Assembly (NCBI GenBank): GCA_038087875.1
Contig: CM075989.1
Location: forward strand, 14,572,001 to 14,636,000
Reading direction: 5' to 3'
Origin: Malacoraja senta
Lineage: Eukaryota
Length of the DNA: 64,000 bases
In this document: piece after piece, positions 37,969 through 51,200 of the stretch
Numbering within the stretch: position 1 is the stretch's first letter
Layout: the number at the start of each line of letters is the position of its first letter
Program-made: the position numbers and the translations under genes
The notes under the pieces: generated by a model
Databases searched by the model: none
What the model saw: the letters and a program-made list of their open reading frames with translations, nothing else
Told to the model about the DNA's origin: nothing

Positions 37969-40782
37969 TTTACGGTGGTGGTGAGCTGAAAGGGACGTAC
38001 GCCCGGTGTAGCGAAGCAAACGTGTTTCGGTAAATCACGTGTTCAATGGCGCGGTTTATATTCTCGATATCATCTCCTTCCAAGACCAGGAGCGTCTGCG
38101 ATAGGTTGATGTGGATCTGGCGAGGGGAGAGAGAGAGAGAGGGGAGAGGGAGAGAGTGAGAGCGGGGAGAGGGAGAGAGGGGAGAGAGTGAGAGAGAGAG
38201 AGGGGAGAGGGAGAGAGGGTGAAAGCACTTCAAACATCACCCAAGCATCTCACACACACTCCAAGGACCCTACACACCCCCTCTTCCTCTTTCCCCCCTC
38301 TCCTTTCCTCTCCTCCCCTCCCCTCTCCCCCCTTGATCATTGGGGGTGCTGCGAGTCGGCTGCCCCGCCAGCAGCATGTTCGTTATTTCTACTTTTCTGG
38401 GGGTTTGTTGTGTGTCTAATGTTAGTTTGGGTGTCTGTCTCTCGGTGTGTTTTGTGTGAGGGGTGGTGGGAGGGGAAAGGGGGGAACCACTTTCGGTCAC
38501 CTCCTCCAGGGGGAGGCCACCTTGCCGGGGTCGCCTGAAAGGAGAGCTGCGATGCTGGCCTGGTGACTTTGACATCGCGGGGCTGTGGTCTGCGGAGCTT
38601 CTTACCGCCGACTTGGCCGGGGATCGCTAGAGAAGAGCTCTGACCACGGATGAACAAGGGAGGAGGGAGGCCTGGTTGAACTTTGTTGCCTTCCACCACA
38701 GTGAAGAATGTTGTGGGTGTTTGTGTTCAATCTTATTGTGTATTGTGTCTTCTCGTTTGAAGTGTATCGCTGCTGGCAAATTCATTTCACTGTGACGAAT
38801 AAATGTGACTTTGACCTCCTTTCCTCTTCTCCCCTCCCCCCTCCTACCTTCATCCCCTTTCCCCAGGCTCTCGAAGTCGCTGAAATCGAGACCTCTTTGC
38901 AGGAGTACAGACACACCAGCAACTCTCGAGAATTGATACTCGCCGCACGAAGGGTCACTCCCGCCAGCAGATCCACAGAAAGCGATCAGCGGGAGAGTCC
39001 AGAGTACCTGCAGAGAGAATGGAGTCCGTCAGCCTCCTGGCATTCCTCTTTCCTTCCCTACCTCCCATCCCTTTCTCTCCCTCCCCTCCCTCCCTCACAC
39101 TCCATCCCTCTACCTACCTCCCTCCCTCCCTCCCTCCCTCCCTCCCTCCCTCCCTCCCTCTCTCTCCTCTTACCAAAGGTGATGTCTGTGATATTGTTGG
39201 TCTCCTTCCATAGGCCATCTGTGGAGAGAGAGAGAGAGAGAGAGTCAGAGAGACATAGAGAGGGAGGGAGGGGAGGGAGGGAGAGAGAAAGAGAGAGAGA
39301 GAAGGAGAGTGAGAGGGAGTCAGAGAGACACAGAATCACAGAGTGATACAGCATGGAAACAGGCCCTTCGGCCCAACTTGCCCACATGTCCCATCTACAC
39401 TTGTCCTACCTGCCCACGTTTGGTCCATATCCCTCCAAACCTGTTTTATCCATGTACCCATCGAAGTGTCTCTTAACGTTGCGATAGTCCCTGCCTCAAC
39501 TACCTCCTCCGGCAGCTCGTTCCATACACCCACCCTCTGTGTGGAAAAGTTGCCCCTCACATTCCTATTAAGTATTCCCCCCCTCTCACCTTGAACCTAT
39601 GTCCCTCTGGTCCTTGATTCCCCAACTCTGGGCAAGAGACTCTGTGCGTCTACCTCTGTCTATACCCCACGTAATGTTGTACACCTCCATACGATCGCCA
39701 CTCATCCTCCTGCGCTCCAAGGAATAGATTCCTAGCCCACTCAACTCTCTCAATAGTTCAGGCCCTCTAGTCCTGGCAACATCCTCATGAACTGTCTCCG
39801 CTCCCTTTCCCAGTTTGACGACATCTTTCCCACAGCAGGTGGATATTTGGGACAATTTCCCCCAAAATGTGGTCGATGCCCCTCACCAATATGGTCACCG
39901 TCGCTACAAACACCACTCACCAAGATGGCCCCCATCATGCCCCACACCTAGATGGCAGCCCCTGCTCCAGCAAAGGATGCCCCTTACCAAGATGGTCGCC
40001 ATTGATACAAACGCCCCCACCAAGATGGCTTCCATACTCTTCAGTCACAGTCACTTCCACTAATTGCCCTGTACCAAGATGGCAGCAGCCTCCCCTCAGT
40101 CAGTCACTTGCTGCAAATGCCCCGCACCAAGATGATTGCCCTCTGTCACACTCACTCCCCACTGATGCCCGCAGTGTCCTTTGTGACCCCCACCTGGTCA
40201 TACGGTGATGCTGGGTGGGACGGTCAAGCCCGTGGGGAGAGACAAGGGGAGAGAGGGGGGCAGGGCTGGGGGAGGGGAGTCACAGAGTCACATAGATTCA
40301 CCACCCTGTCTAAAGAAATTCCTCCCCATCTCCTTCCTGAAGGAACGTCCTTTAATTCTGATTCCTCTACTCTGGACAAGAGACTCTGTGCTCCTACCCG
40401 ATCTATTCCCACCTAATTCTGTACACATTTATAAGATTCACCCCTCATCCTCCTGCGATCCAAGAAATAGTCCCAGCCAACCCCAACCGCTCCCTGTAGC
40501 TCAGGCCCCCCCCCCCTTGAGTCCTGGCAACATCCTCGTAAATCTTCTCTGAACCCTTTCAAGCTTGACAACATCTATCCTATAACACGGTGCCCTGAAC
40601 TGAACAGAAATGCAGAGAGTGAGACAGAGAGAGAGAGAGACAGAGGACAGAGGAAGGGAAGGGGAGAGACGGAGACAGAGAAAGACAGAGACAGAGAGAG
40701 ACAGAGAGACAGACAGGGAGTCAGAGAGAGAGACAGAGAGAGAGAGACAGAGAGAGAGAGAGAGACAGAGAGAGAGAGAGAC

Positions 40783-40837
<55 letters not shown>

Positions 40838-42642
40838 CAGTGACAGCGACAGAGACAGAGACAGAGAGGTGGAAAGAGCAAGAGGGTATATAGGAAGGAA
40901 CTGCAGATGCTGGTTGAAACCAAAGTCTGAAGAAGGTTCTCGACCCGAAACGTCACCCATTCCAAGCTGCTGCCTGTCCCGCTGAGTTACTCCAACATTT
41001 GTGTCTATCCTCGGTTAAATAGAGAGAGAGAGGGGGGGGGAGGGTGGAGAGACAGATAGGGGGGAGAGAGAGAGAGAGAGAGAGGGAGAGGGTGAGAGAG
41101 TGAGGGAGTGTGGAGAGAGAGGGAGTGAAGGAGGGAGAAGGGTTGTTGTAGCTCACCGTTCCAGCAGGCTGCGATGAGGAGGCGTGGGCTAGGACGAGGC
41201 AGGTGGAAGGGCCACTGTCGATAATCAGGACCGGTTCATAGATCACTCCATCGACATAGAAGATGATGGTGGGAAACTGGAGACTCAGAGCGTAGAGATG
41301 CCACTTGCCATCCCAGGCCTGGACCAGGACAGAATCCCGTTTAGAGATACAGCGCGGAAACAGGCCATTAGGCGACCATTTTGAGAGGGAGGGAATGGGC
41401 GGCTTAAAATGGCCGCCCCCGCTGATGCCTCCCTCTCCTCTCTCCCCTCCCCCTCCCTCTCCCTACACTGCACCAGCAGCGGGCAAGAGGGCGAAGGGAG
41501 TGTGATCCGTGTTCCCCCCCACACCCACTCTTCCCTCCTGATCCACACCTCCCATGACACTTTCCAACCTACTTTGAGGTGGCCATTTCGAGAGAGAGGG
41601 AATGGGCGGCTAAAAATGGCCGCCGTGAAGTCTTTTTTGACTGGGGAGGGGAGGGGAGGGGATGAGATGAGGGGGAGTAAAAGCTTTGCCTATGCCCCCA
41701 AATTTGCCGTCCTCCCAACTCGCCCGGCCCTGTACCTGCTCAAGATTCCAACGAAATCTGACGGGTCGGCTATCTCAAAGTTGGGGCCAATATAGGAACG
41801 TCACTCGAGGCGTGGAGCGTGAGCGCGTGTGTGCAAAGTCATTCTCTGAGGAGGACAGAGAGAGAGAGGGAAGAGAGAGGGGAGGCTCAATTGTATAGTC
41901 TTCCACTGACTGGATAGCACCCAACAACAGAGCTTCTCATTGTAGCTCGGTGACTGTCATAAACTCAACTAAATTCATCGAAAGTCTTCCTCTCTCCCCC
42001 CCCTCTCTCTCTCTCCTTACCATTGTTATCAATGTAGAAGTGAGAGGAGAGAGGGGAGAGAGGGAGAGAGGGGGGAGAGAGAAGGGGAGAGAGAGAGAGA
42101 GAGAGAGAGAGGGGAGAGAGAGGGGGAGAGAGGGATAGAGGGGGAGAGAGAGAGAGGGGGAGGGGGAAAGAGGGAGGGATAGAGGGGAGAGGGGAGAGAG
42201 GAGAGGGGGAGAGAGAAGAGGATGGAGAGAGAGAGGGAGAGAGAGGGGAAGAGCGGGGGAGAGAGAGAGAGATGGGAGGGGGAGAGAGAGACAAGAAAGA
42301 AAGGGGAGAGAGCGAGAGAGAGGAAGAGAGAAAATGGTGAGAGAGGGGAGAGAGTGAGAGGGGAGAGATAGAGATAGAGGGGGAGGAAAGAGAGAGAGAG
42401 GGGGGAGGAGAAGGGAGAGAAGAGGGGAGAGAAGGGGAGAGAAGGGGGCAAGAGGTAGAAAGTTAATCTAATTCACTCCCCCACCCCACCCCTCCCCTTC
42501 ACCCACCCCCCTCCCATCTCCCTTCACCTGCATAATGGAGGGGACATCTTAATCAATGGTGAAAAGTGGTGGATTTAGCAAGATTGTTTGGTCATTTTCC
42601 ATCACTATTCCTTGGTCTCAATCGATGTCTTCTACTTGTTAG
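37969..42642 (-). pseudogene. CLSTN3: Unprocessed, internally deleted calsyntenin-3 pseudogene, copy 1 (5 exons: 42528-42642, 41736-41845, 41157-41318, 38848-39007, 37969-38116)
   Basis: Exon translations match recalled CLSTN3: NK..QGIVMENDQTILLNPPLF; RVTFLYWP..RPVRFRWNLEQ; WHLYALSLQFPT..DGVIYEP..LLIAACW; LAGVTLR..SRE..CLYSCKEGLDFSDFESLGKGMK; IHINLSQTLLVLEGDDIENINRAIEHVIYRNT..FATPGVRPFQLTTTVK. All have AG/GT boundaries; in-frame stops and frameshifts present. Confidence 0.92.
38340..38815 (+). mobile_element. Non-autonomous retroelement with LINE-like tail, in CLSTN3 intron
   Basis: 3' end GCCTTCCACCACAGTGA..AAATTCATTTCACTG..AATAAATGTGACTTTGAC resembles the insert at 3961-4165. Confidence 0.5.
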
Positions 42643-43244
42643 CTGTGGGAAGAGGGAGGGAGGAAGAAGAGAGGGAGAGAGGAAGGGAGAGAGAGAGGGA
42701 GGGAGAGAAAAGGGAGAGAGGGAGAGAGAGGGAGGGAGGGAGAGAGCAGAAATAAACATTAAATGAGCACATCGCATTGACTACCAGAATAAAACATCTG
42801 TACAACCCCCACCCTCTCATCCGCATGGATGGCGACAGGATCTCGATCGGTTCACAAGTTCCGGGAGCAGAATGAGGCCATTCGGTCCATCGAGTCCATT
42901 CCACCATTCAATCACGGGTGATGTATCTCTCGTCCTAACCCCATTCCAATCCAAGCCGGTACCAAATCAACAATCTATCTATCTATCTCTGCCTTAAAAA
43001 CACCCACTGACTTGGCCTCCACCGCCTTCTGTGGCAAAGAATCCCACAGATTCACCACCCTCTGGCTAAAGAAACACCTCCCCATCTCCTGCCTAATACA
43101 GAGAAGTGTGAGGCGTCGCATTTGGAAAGGGGAAAGGTGGGCAGGAGCTACACGGTGAATGGTGGGTCTCTGTGGAGCACATGGGCAGAGAGGGGTCTCA
43201 GTTAGAGATGGAGGTCAAGTAAACAGGATGGGCAGCATCAGCAT

Positions 43245-46200
43245 CGAAGGTAGACAAAACCTGGAGAAACTCAGCGGGTGAGGCAGCATCTATGGGAGCG
43301 AAGGAATAGGTGACGTTTGGGTCGAGACCCTTCTTCAGACTGAAAAAGGGTCAGTTTAAAGAAGGGTCTCGAGCTGAAATGTCGCTTATTCCTTCACTCC
43401 ATAGATGCTGCCTCACCCGCTGAATTACTTCAGCTTTTTGTCTACCTCAGATTCCTGTTAAATCTTTCCCCTTCACCTTAAACTGATGTCCTCTGGTCCT
43501 CGATTCCCCTACTCTGGCAAGGGACTCTGTGCATCTACTCGAACTATCCCTGTGATGATTTTGTACACCTCTATAAGATCATCCCACATCCTCCTGCGCT
43601 CCAAGGAATAAAGTTATAATGCACTATAATACATAATGCACCATAATACGATATAATACTCTAAGACACATGATTGTTAACACACCCAAATACAATATAA
43701 TACACTATAACACAACTTAACACAATATAACACACTATAATACAATATAACACTATAATACAAAATGTGATGATGCCCTCACCAAGATGGTCGCCATTGA
43801 TACAAATGCCCCTCACCAAGATGGCTTCCGTACTCTTCAGTCATATCACTTCCACTAATTGCCCTGCACCAAGATGGTAGCAGCCTCCCCTCAGTCAGTC
43901 ACTTGCTGCAAATGCCCCGCAACAAGATTGCCACCTCAGTCACACTCACTCCCCGCTGATGCCCCGCAGTGTCCTTTGTGACCCCCACCCAGTTATTCGT
44001 TCATGCCGGGTGGGACGGTGATACCGGGTGGGAAGGTCGATCCCGTGGATAGAGACAAGGGGAGAGAGGAGGCAGGGCTGGGGAGGGAAGTCACAGAGTC
44101 ACATAGATTCACCACCCACTGACTAAAGAAATTCCTCCCCATCTTCATTCTAAAGGAACGCCCTTTAATTTTGAGGCTGTGCCCTCTGGTCCGAGTCTCT
44201 CTCACTAGTGAAACATCCTCTCCACATCCACTCTATCCAAGCCTTTCACTGTTTGGGAAAGTTTTAATGAGGAACCCACCCCCTCATTCTTCCAAACTCC
44301 AGCAAGTCCAGGCCCAGTGCAGACAAACGCTCATCGTACATTAACCCACTCATTCCTGGGATCGTTCTTGTAAACCTCCTCTGGACCCTCTGCAGTGCCA
44401 AGCACATCCTTCCTCAGATGTGGGACCCAAAACTGCTCACAACGGCCCATGTCCCTCTAAACCTGTCCTATCCATGTACCTGTCCAAGTGTCTTTTAAAC
44501 ATAGCGATAGTCCCTGCCTCAACTACCTCCTCTGGCAGCTCATTCCATACAAACACCCTCTGTATGGAAAAGTTACCCCTCAGATTCCTATGTTTAAGAA
44601 ATAACTGCAGATGCTGGAAAAATCGAAGGTAGACAAAAACCCTGGAGAAACTCAGCGGGTGAGGCATCATCTATGGAGCGAAGGAATAGGCGACGTTTCG
44701 GGTCGAGACCCTTCTTCAGACAGAAAAAGGGTCAGTTTAAAGAAGGGTCTCGACCTGAAACGTCGCTTATTCCTTCACTCCATAGATGCTGCCTCATCCG
44801 CTGATTTTCTCCAGCTTTTTTGTCTACCTCAGATTCCTGTTAAATCTTTCCCCTTCATCTTAAACCGATGTCCTCTGGTCCTCGATTCCCCCTACTCTGG
44901 CAAGGGACTCTGTGCATCTACTCGAACTATTCCTGTGATGATTTTGTACACCTCTATAAGATCATCCCACATCCTCCTGCGCTCCAAGGAATAAAGTTAT
45001 AATGCACTATAATACATAATGCACCATAATACAATATAATACGTTATGACACACGATTCTGAACACACCCAAATACAATATAATACACTATAACACACCA
45101 TTACACAATATAACACACTATAATACAATATAACACTATAATTCAAAATGTGATTGATGCCCCTCACCAAGATGGTCGCCATTGCTACAAACGCCCCTCA
45201 CCAAGATGGCTTCCGTACTCTTCAGTCACAGTCACTTCCACTAATTGCCCTGCACCAAGATGGTAGCAGCCTCCCCTCAGTCAGTCACTTGCTGCAAATG
45301 CCCATACCAAGATTGCCACCTCAGTCACACTCACTCCCCACTGATGACCCCAGTGTCCTTTGTGACCCCCACCCGGTCATTCGTTCATGCCGGGTGGGAC
45401 AGTGATGCTGGGTGGGAAGGTCGATCCCGTGGATAGAGACAAGGGGAGAGAGGGGCAGGGCTGGGGAGGGAAGTCACAGAGTCACACAGATTCACCACCC
45501 TCTGACTAAAGAAATTCTCCCCATCTTCATTCTAAAGGACACCCTTTAATTTTGCGGCTGTGCCCTCTGGTCCGAGACTCTCTCACTAGTGGAAACATCC
45601 TCTCCACATCCACTCTAGCCAAGCCTTTCACTATTTGGGAAAGTTTTAAGGAGGAACTCACCCCCACATTCTTCCAAACTCCAGCAAGTCAGGCCCAGTG
45701 CAGACAAACGCTCATCGTACATTAACCCACTCATTCCTGGGATCGTTCTTGTAAACCTCCTCTGGACCCTCTGCAGTGCCAAGCACATCCTTCCTCAGAT
45801 GTGGGACCCAAAACTGCTCACAATGGCCCATGTCCCTCTAAACCTGTCCTATCCATGTACCTGTCCAAGTGTCTTTTAAACATAGCGATAGTCCCTGCTC
45901 AACTACCTCCTCTGGCAGCTCATTCCATACAAACACCCTCTGTATGGAAAAGTTACCCCTCAGATTCCTATGTTTAAGAAAGAACTGCAGGTGCTGGAAA
46001 AATCGAAGGTAGACAAAAACCCTGGAGAAACTCAGCGGGTGAGGCAGCATCTATGGAGCGAAGGAATAGGCGACGTTTCGGGTCGAGACCCTTCTTCAGA
46101 CTGAAAAAGGGTCAGTTTAAAGAAGGGTCTCGACCTGAAACGTCGCTTATTCCTTCGCTCCATAGATGCTGCCTCACCCGCTGAATTTCGCCAGCTTTTT

Positions 46201-48210
46201 TGTCTACCTCAGATTCTGTTAAATCTTTCCCCTTCACCTAAAACCGACGTCCTCTGGTCTCGATTCCCCTACTCTGGCAAGGGACTCTGTGCATCTACTC
46301 GAACTTCCCTGTCATGATTTTGTACACCTCTATAAGATTAAGATCATCCCACATCCTCCTGCGCTCCAAGGAATAAAGTTATAATCCACTATAATACATA
46401 ATGCACCATAATACAATATAATACGTTATGACACACGATTCTGAACACACCCAAATACAATATAATACACTATAACACACCATTACACAATATAACACAC
46501 TATAATACAATATAACACTCTATAATACAAAATGTGGTTGATGCCCCTCACCAAGATGGTCGCCATTGCTACAAACGCCCCTCACCAAGATGGCTTCCGT
46601 ACTCTTCAGTAATATCACTTCCACTAATTGCCCTGCACCAAGATGGTAGCAGCCTCCCCTCAGTCAGTCACTTGCTGCAAATGCCCATAACCAAGATGGC
46701 CACCTCAGTCACACTCGCTCCCCGCTGATGACCTGCAGTGTACTTTGTGACCCCCACCCGGTCATTCGTTCATGCCAAGTGGGAGGGAGATACCGGGTGG
46801 GAAGGTCGATCCCGTGGATAGAGACAAGGGGAGAGAGGAGGCAGGGCTGGGGGAGGGAAGTCACAGAGTCACACAGATTCACCACCCACTGACTAAAGAA
46901 ATTCCTCCCCATCTTCATTCTAAAGGAACGCCCTTTAATTTTGCGGCTGTGCCCTCTGGTCCGAGTCTCTCTCACTAGTGGAAACATCCTCTCCACATCC
47001 ACTCTATCCAAGCCTTTCACTATTTGGGAAAGTTTTAAGGAGGAACCCACCCCCTCATTCTTCCAAACTCCAGCAAGTCCAGGCCCAGTGCAGACAAACG
47101 CTCATCGTACATTAACCCACTCATTCCTGGGATCGTTCTTGTAAACCTCCTCTGGACCCTCTGCAGTGCCAAGCACATCCTTCCTCAGATGTGGGACCCA
47201 AAATTGCTCACAATGGCCCATGTCCCTCTAAACCTGTCCTATCCATGTACCTGTCCAAGTGTCTTTTAAACATAGCGATAGTCCCTGCCTCAACTACCTC
47301 CTCTGGCAGCTCATTCCATACAAACACCCTCTGTATGGAAAAGTTACCCCTCAGATTCCTATGTTGAAAAGAAAGAAGTGCAGATGCTGGAAAAATCGAA
47401 GGTAGACAAAAACCTGGAGAAACTCAGCGGGTGAGGCAGCATCTATGGAGCGAAGGAATAGGCGACGTTTCGGGTTGAGACCCTTCTTCAGACTGAAAAA
47501 GGGTCAGTTTAAAGAAGAGTCTCGACCTGAAACGTCGCCTATTCCTTCACTCCATAGATGCTGCCTCACCCGCTGAATTTCTCCAGCTTTTTTGTCTACC
47601 TCAGATTCCTGTTAAATCTTTCAACTTCACCTTAAACCGATGTCCTCTGGTCCTCGATTCCCCTACTCTGGCAAGGGACTCTGTGCATCTACTCGAACTA
47701 TCCCTGTGATGATCTTGTACATCTCTAGAAGATCATCCCACATCCTCCTGCGCTCAAAGGAATAAAGTTATAATGCACTATAATACATAATGCACCATAA
47801 TACAATATAATACGTTATGACACACGATTTTGAACACACCCAAATACAATATAATACACTATAACACACCATTACACAATATACACACTATAATACAATA
47901 TAACACTCTATAATACAAAATGTGATTGATGCCCCTCACCAAGATGGTCGCCATTGATACAAACGCCCCTCACCAAGATGGCTTCCGTACTCTTCAGTCA
48001 CAGTCACTTCCACTAATTGCCCTGCACCAAGATGGTAGCAGCCTCCCCTCAGTCAGTCACTTGCTGCAAATGCCCCACAACAAGATGGCTGCCTCAGTCA
48101 CACTCACTCCCCGCTGATGCCCCGCAGTGTCCTTTGTGACCCCCACCCGGTCATTCGTTCATGCCGAGTGGGAGGGAGATACCGGGTGGGAAGGTCGATC
48201 CCGTGGATAG
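43245..48210 (-). repeat. Tandem array of a ~1.38-kb composite unit, about 3.6 copies
   Basis: AAGTTATAAT.CACTATAATAC marker at ~43611, 44994, 46376 and 47766 (periods ~1383, 1382, 1390); orientation opposite to 23110-23786 and 52773-55370. Confidence 0.95.
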
Positions 48211-51200
48211 TGTCGAAATTATTCTTATAATGAGGCTCGTACAACGTCGTAATCGGAGTCTGTCTTTATTTAGCAACTCTGTACAGCAGCAGCCTCGTGC
48301 TGCAACCCCGGGCCCTGCTCCTAGGCCTCCCCGGTTACGCCCACAGCCCCACCTTCAGGCCGGATGCCATCACTGCAGCCTGACCACTGGCAGCAGAATA
48401 AAGGCATTCCTTACACTATTATTCCATAATACCACATCTCCCTTTCTTTGAGAACAAAGGGTGGACTACCTTTGTCTCTGCAGGTCTTAAGGGGTTTATT
48501 CTGCCCTTTTGCTGAAAGACCTGTCCCTGATCAAACAAATCACCAATCAAGTCTCTGCGGTTTCTAACCTCTGTCCCACACCTGGTCTGCACAGTCTCTG
48601 TGGTGGGGCCCTCTCTGCCGGGTGATGTTGTCACTGGTGGAGCTGGCTCTGGTGTAGGTGAATCTTCTCCCACTGGTGGCTCATCAGCGTCAACTACCCC
48701 ACTGTTGGTCTGCAGCGGCACCAAGTGATGCCGGTTCCTCCTCAGTGTGCCCTGAGGCACCTGGACGATATAAGAGCGAGGGGTGTTGTGTGTAGATAGC
48801 ACTGTGCCCTGGACTCGTGCATCGGTGATCCACACATCCTCCCCAGGTACGAGTGGCTCCAGGTTTCTCGCTCCGTGCCTCTTGTCGAAGGATCTTGCGT
48901 CGTTCCTCCTCTTCTCCCTTTCTTTGGCCCCCAGCGCGTTGTAGTCAGGCAAAACTGGATTCAGCAGGGTTGGAAGGGCAGGAACTGTAGTGTGGAGGCA
49001 GCGCCCCATCAACAGCTCGGCTGGGCTAGAGCCGTTCTGTAGAGGGGTTGCTCTGTAGGCCAGCAATGCAAGATATGGGTCTGATGCCTTTGTTAGCAGG
49101 TTTTTCACGGTTTGTACAGCGCGTTCCACCTCCCCATTGCTCTGAGGAAACTTGGGGCTGCTCGTGATGTGTACAAAGCCATACTCTGCTGCAAAGGCTT
49201 TAAAGTGGCTACCTGAGAACTGGGGCCCATTGTCACTTTGAAGAAATTCCCCAATTCCATGACGATAAAACATGGATTTCAGGTGCACCACCACATCTGT
49301 GGACCTTGTGGGTGACAGCAGCGCAACTTCCACATACCTTGAGAAATAATCTACTACTAGTAGATAAGTCTTGTGTTTCAGCGTGAACAGGTCAGCTCCC
49401 AAGGTTTGCCAAGGCCTGTCTGGCATCTCCGTTGGCATCAGCGGCTCTTTGACGTTCCTTCTCTCTTGGATGCAGGTTCTACATTTCAGCACCATGTCAT
49501 TCAGCTGGCTGCTGAGTCCTGGCCACCATACCGTCTGTTTGGCCCGGCCCCTGCACTTTGTCACCCCCAGGTGTCCCTCATGTAGTCTCTGCAGCACATC
49601 ACCTTGTAAGGCTGATGGGATGACGAGTCTCGTGCCCCGCAGCAGCAGCCCATCGTGCACAGTCAGCACTGCTCTATCAGCCCAGTAATGTCTCAGCACT
49701 CCCTGCAGTTGGCTTTTGTCGGGCCAGCCGTCTGTGCAGTACTCCATCAGTGCAGAGCATGTGCTGTCTGCCTTCAGGTGCTCACGTAGGCTGCTCAGAT
49801 AATCTCCACTGACAGGAATGTTGCTGATGACAGAGTCTACATAAGATGTTGGTGTCCTCTAATAGCTTGTGTCTGTGTGTGCTCTTGCGGCTCTCAGAGG
49901 AGCACGAGATAAGGTGTCGGCTGTCCACAGGCTTTTGCCAGGGAATGATTCACTGTATAGTTGTACCTCATGAGTCTCATCCTAAATCTTTGGATTCTTG
50001 GTGGGAGGTCATTCAAAGCTTTCCTTCCCAGCAGACTCACCAACGGCTTATGGTCAGTTTCCAGCTCGAATGGTCTTCCCAGGATGAAACAGCTGAACCT
50101 TTCACATGCCCACGTTGCAGCCAATGCCTCCTTCTCTACTTGAGCATAGCGCTGCTCTGTTGCCGTCATTGACCTGGACGCATATGCCACAGGTGACCAC
50201 ATGGCATCGCTCTTCTGCAGCAGGACTGCCCCCAGGCCAAAGGAAGAAGCATCAGCAGAGATCTTTAGAGCACTGTTTGGGTTGTATAATGTGAGCACTG
50301 GTGTGGATGACAGCTCTGTGTTTAACTGATCAAAGGCGGCCTGCTGCTCTGTCCCCAGTACCAGTGGTTCTTCTTGGACAGCAGGTCTCGTAGCACTTTG
50401 TCTTTTCAGCCAGGTTAGGCAAGAAGCGGCCCAGCTGATTGACCATGCCCAGAAAACTCCTGAGTTCGCTGACATTTTTGGGTGCATCCATCTCTTGTAC
50501 TGCTCTCGTCTTCTCTGGATCTGGCTTCACTCCATCTGCTGAAATCACATGACCCAGGAATCCGACTGTGTGGCGTGTGAGCTCACATTTGTCCATGTTG
50601 AGCGTAATGCCGGCCTTTTGTGCCTTCCTCTAGCACCGCATGTAGCCGCACATCATGCTCCTCCTGCGTCTGTCCCAGACCAGGATGTCATCCATGTGAC
50701 ACAGTACCCCCTCCAGGCCACCGGTCACTTCTGTCACCATCATCCTTTGAAAGTGCTCGGGGGCTGATGCTATGCCAAAGGGTAGACGGTTAAAATAGTA
50801 GCGCCCAAAAGGCGTGATGAAGGTGGTGTATTTGGCAGACTCTTGTGTCAATGGTACTTGCCAAAAGCCCATGTTGGCATCTAATTTGCTGAAGACTGTT
50901 GCGCCAGCTAGCATGCCCAGAGTGTGCTCGACAGAAGGCAGGATAAACTTTTCTCTGCATACTGATTCATTCATCATTGTGAAATCCACACAAATGCGAA
51001 CATCACCTTCTTTTTCGGCACCACCACCATCCCGGCACACCAATCAGTCGGCTCCTCAATCTTGGTGATTACGCCCATCTTCTCCATACGGTCTATCTCC
51101 TCCTTCACTTTTCCCATAAGCGGCAGAGGGACTCTGCGTGGTGTGTGGAGAGAGGGCACAGCCTCTGGCTTTAATTTAATTGAGTATGGCCTCAGAACAA

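Noticed and set aside
37969..42642. A functional CLSTN3 gene
   Set aside because: In-frame TAG/TAA/TGA stops, frameshifts, missing cadherin-domain exons, and no first or transmembrane exon.
43770..43960. CCAAGATGG repeats with variable spacers resembling a CRISPR array
   Set aside because: Repeats are ~10-15 bp and degenerate, spacers are mutually similar, there are no cas genes and the context is vertebrate.
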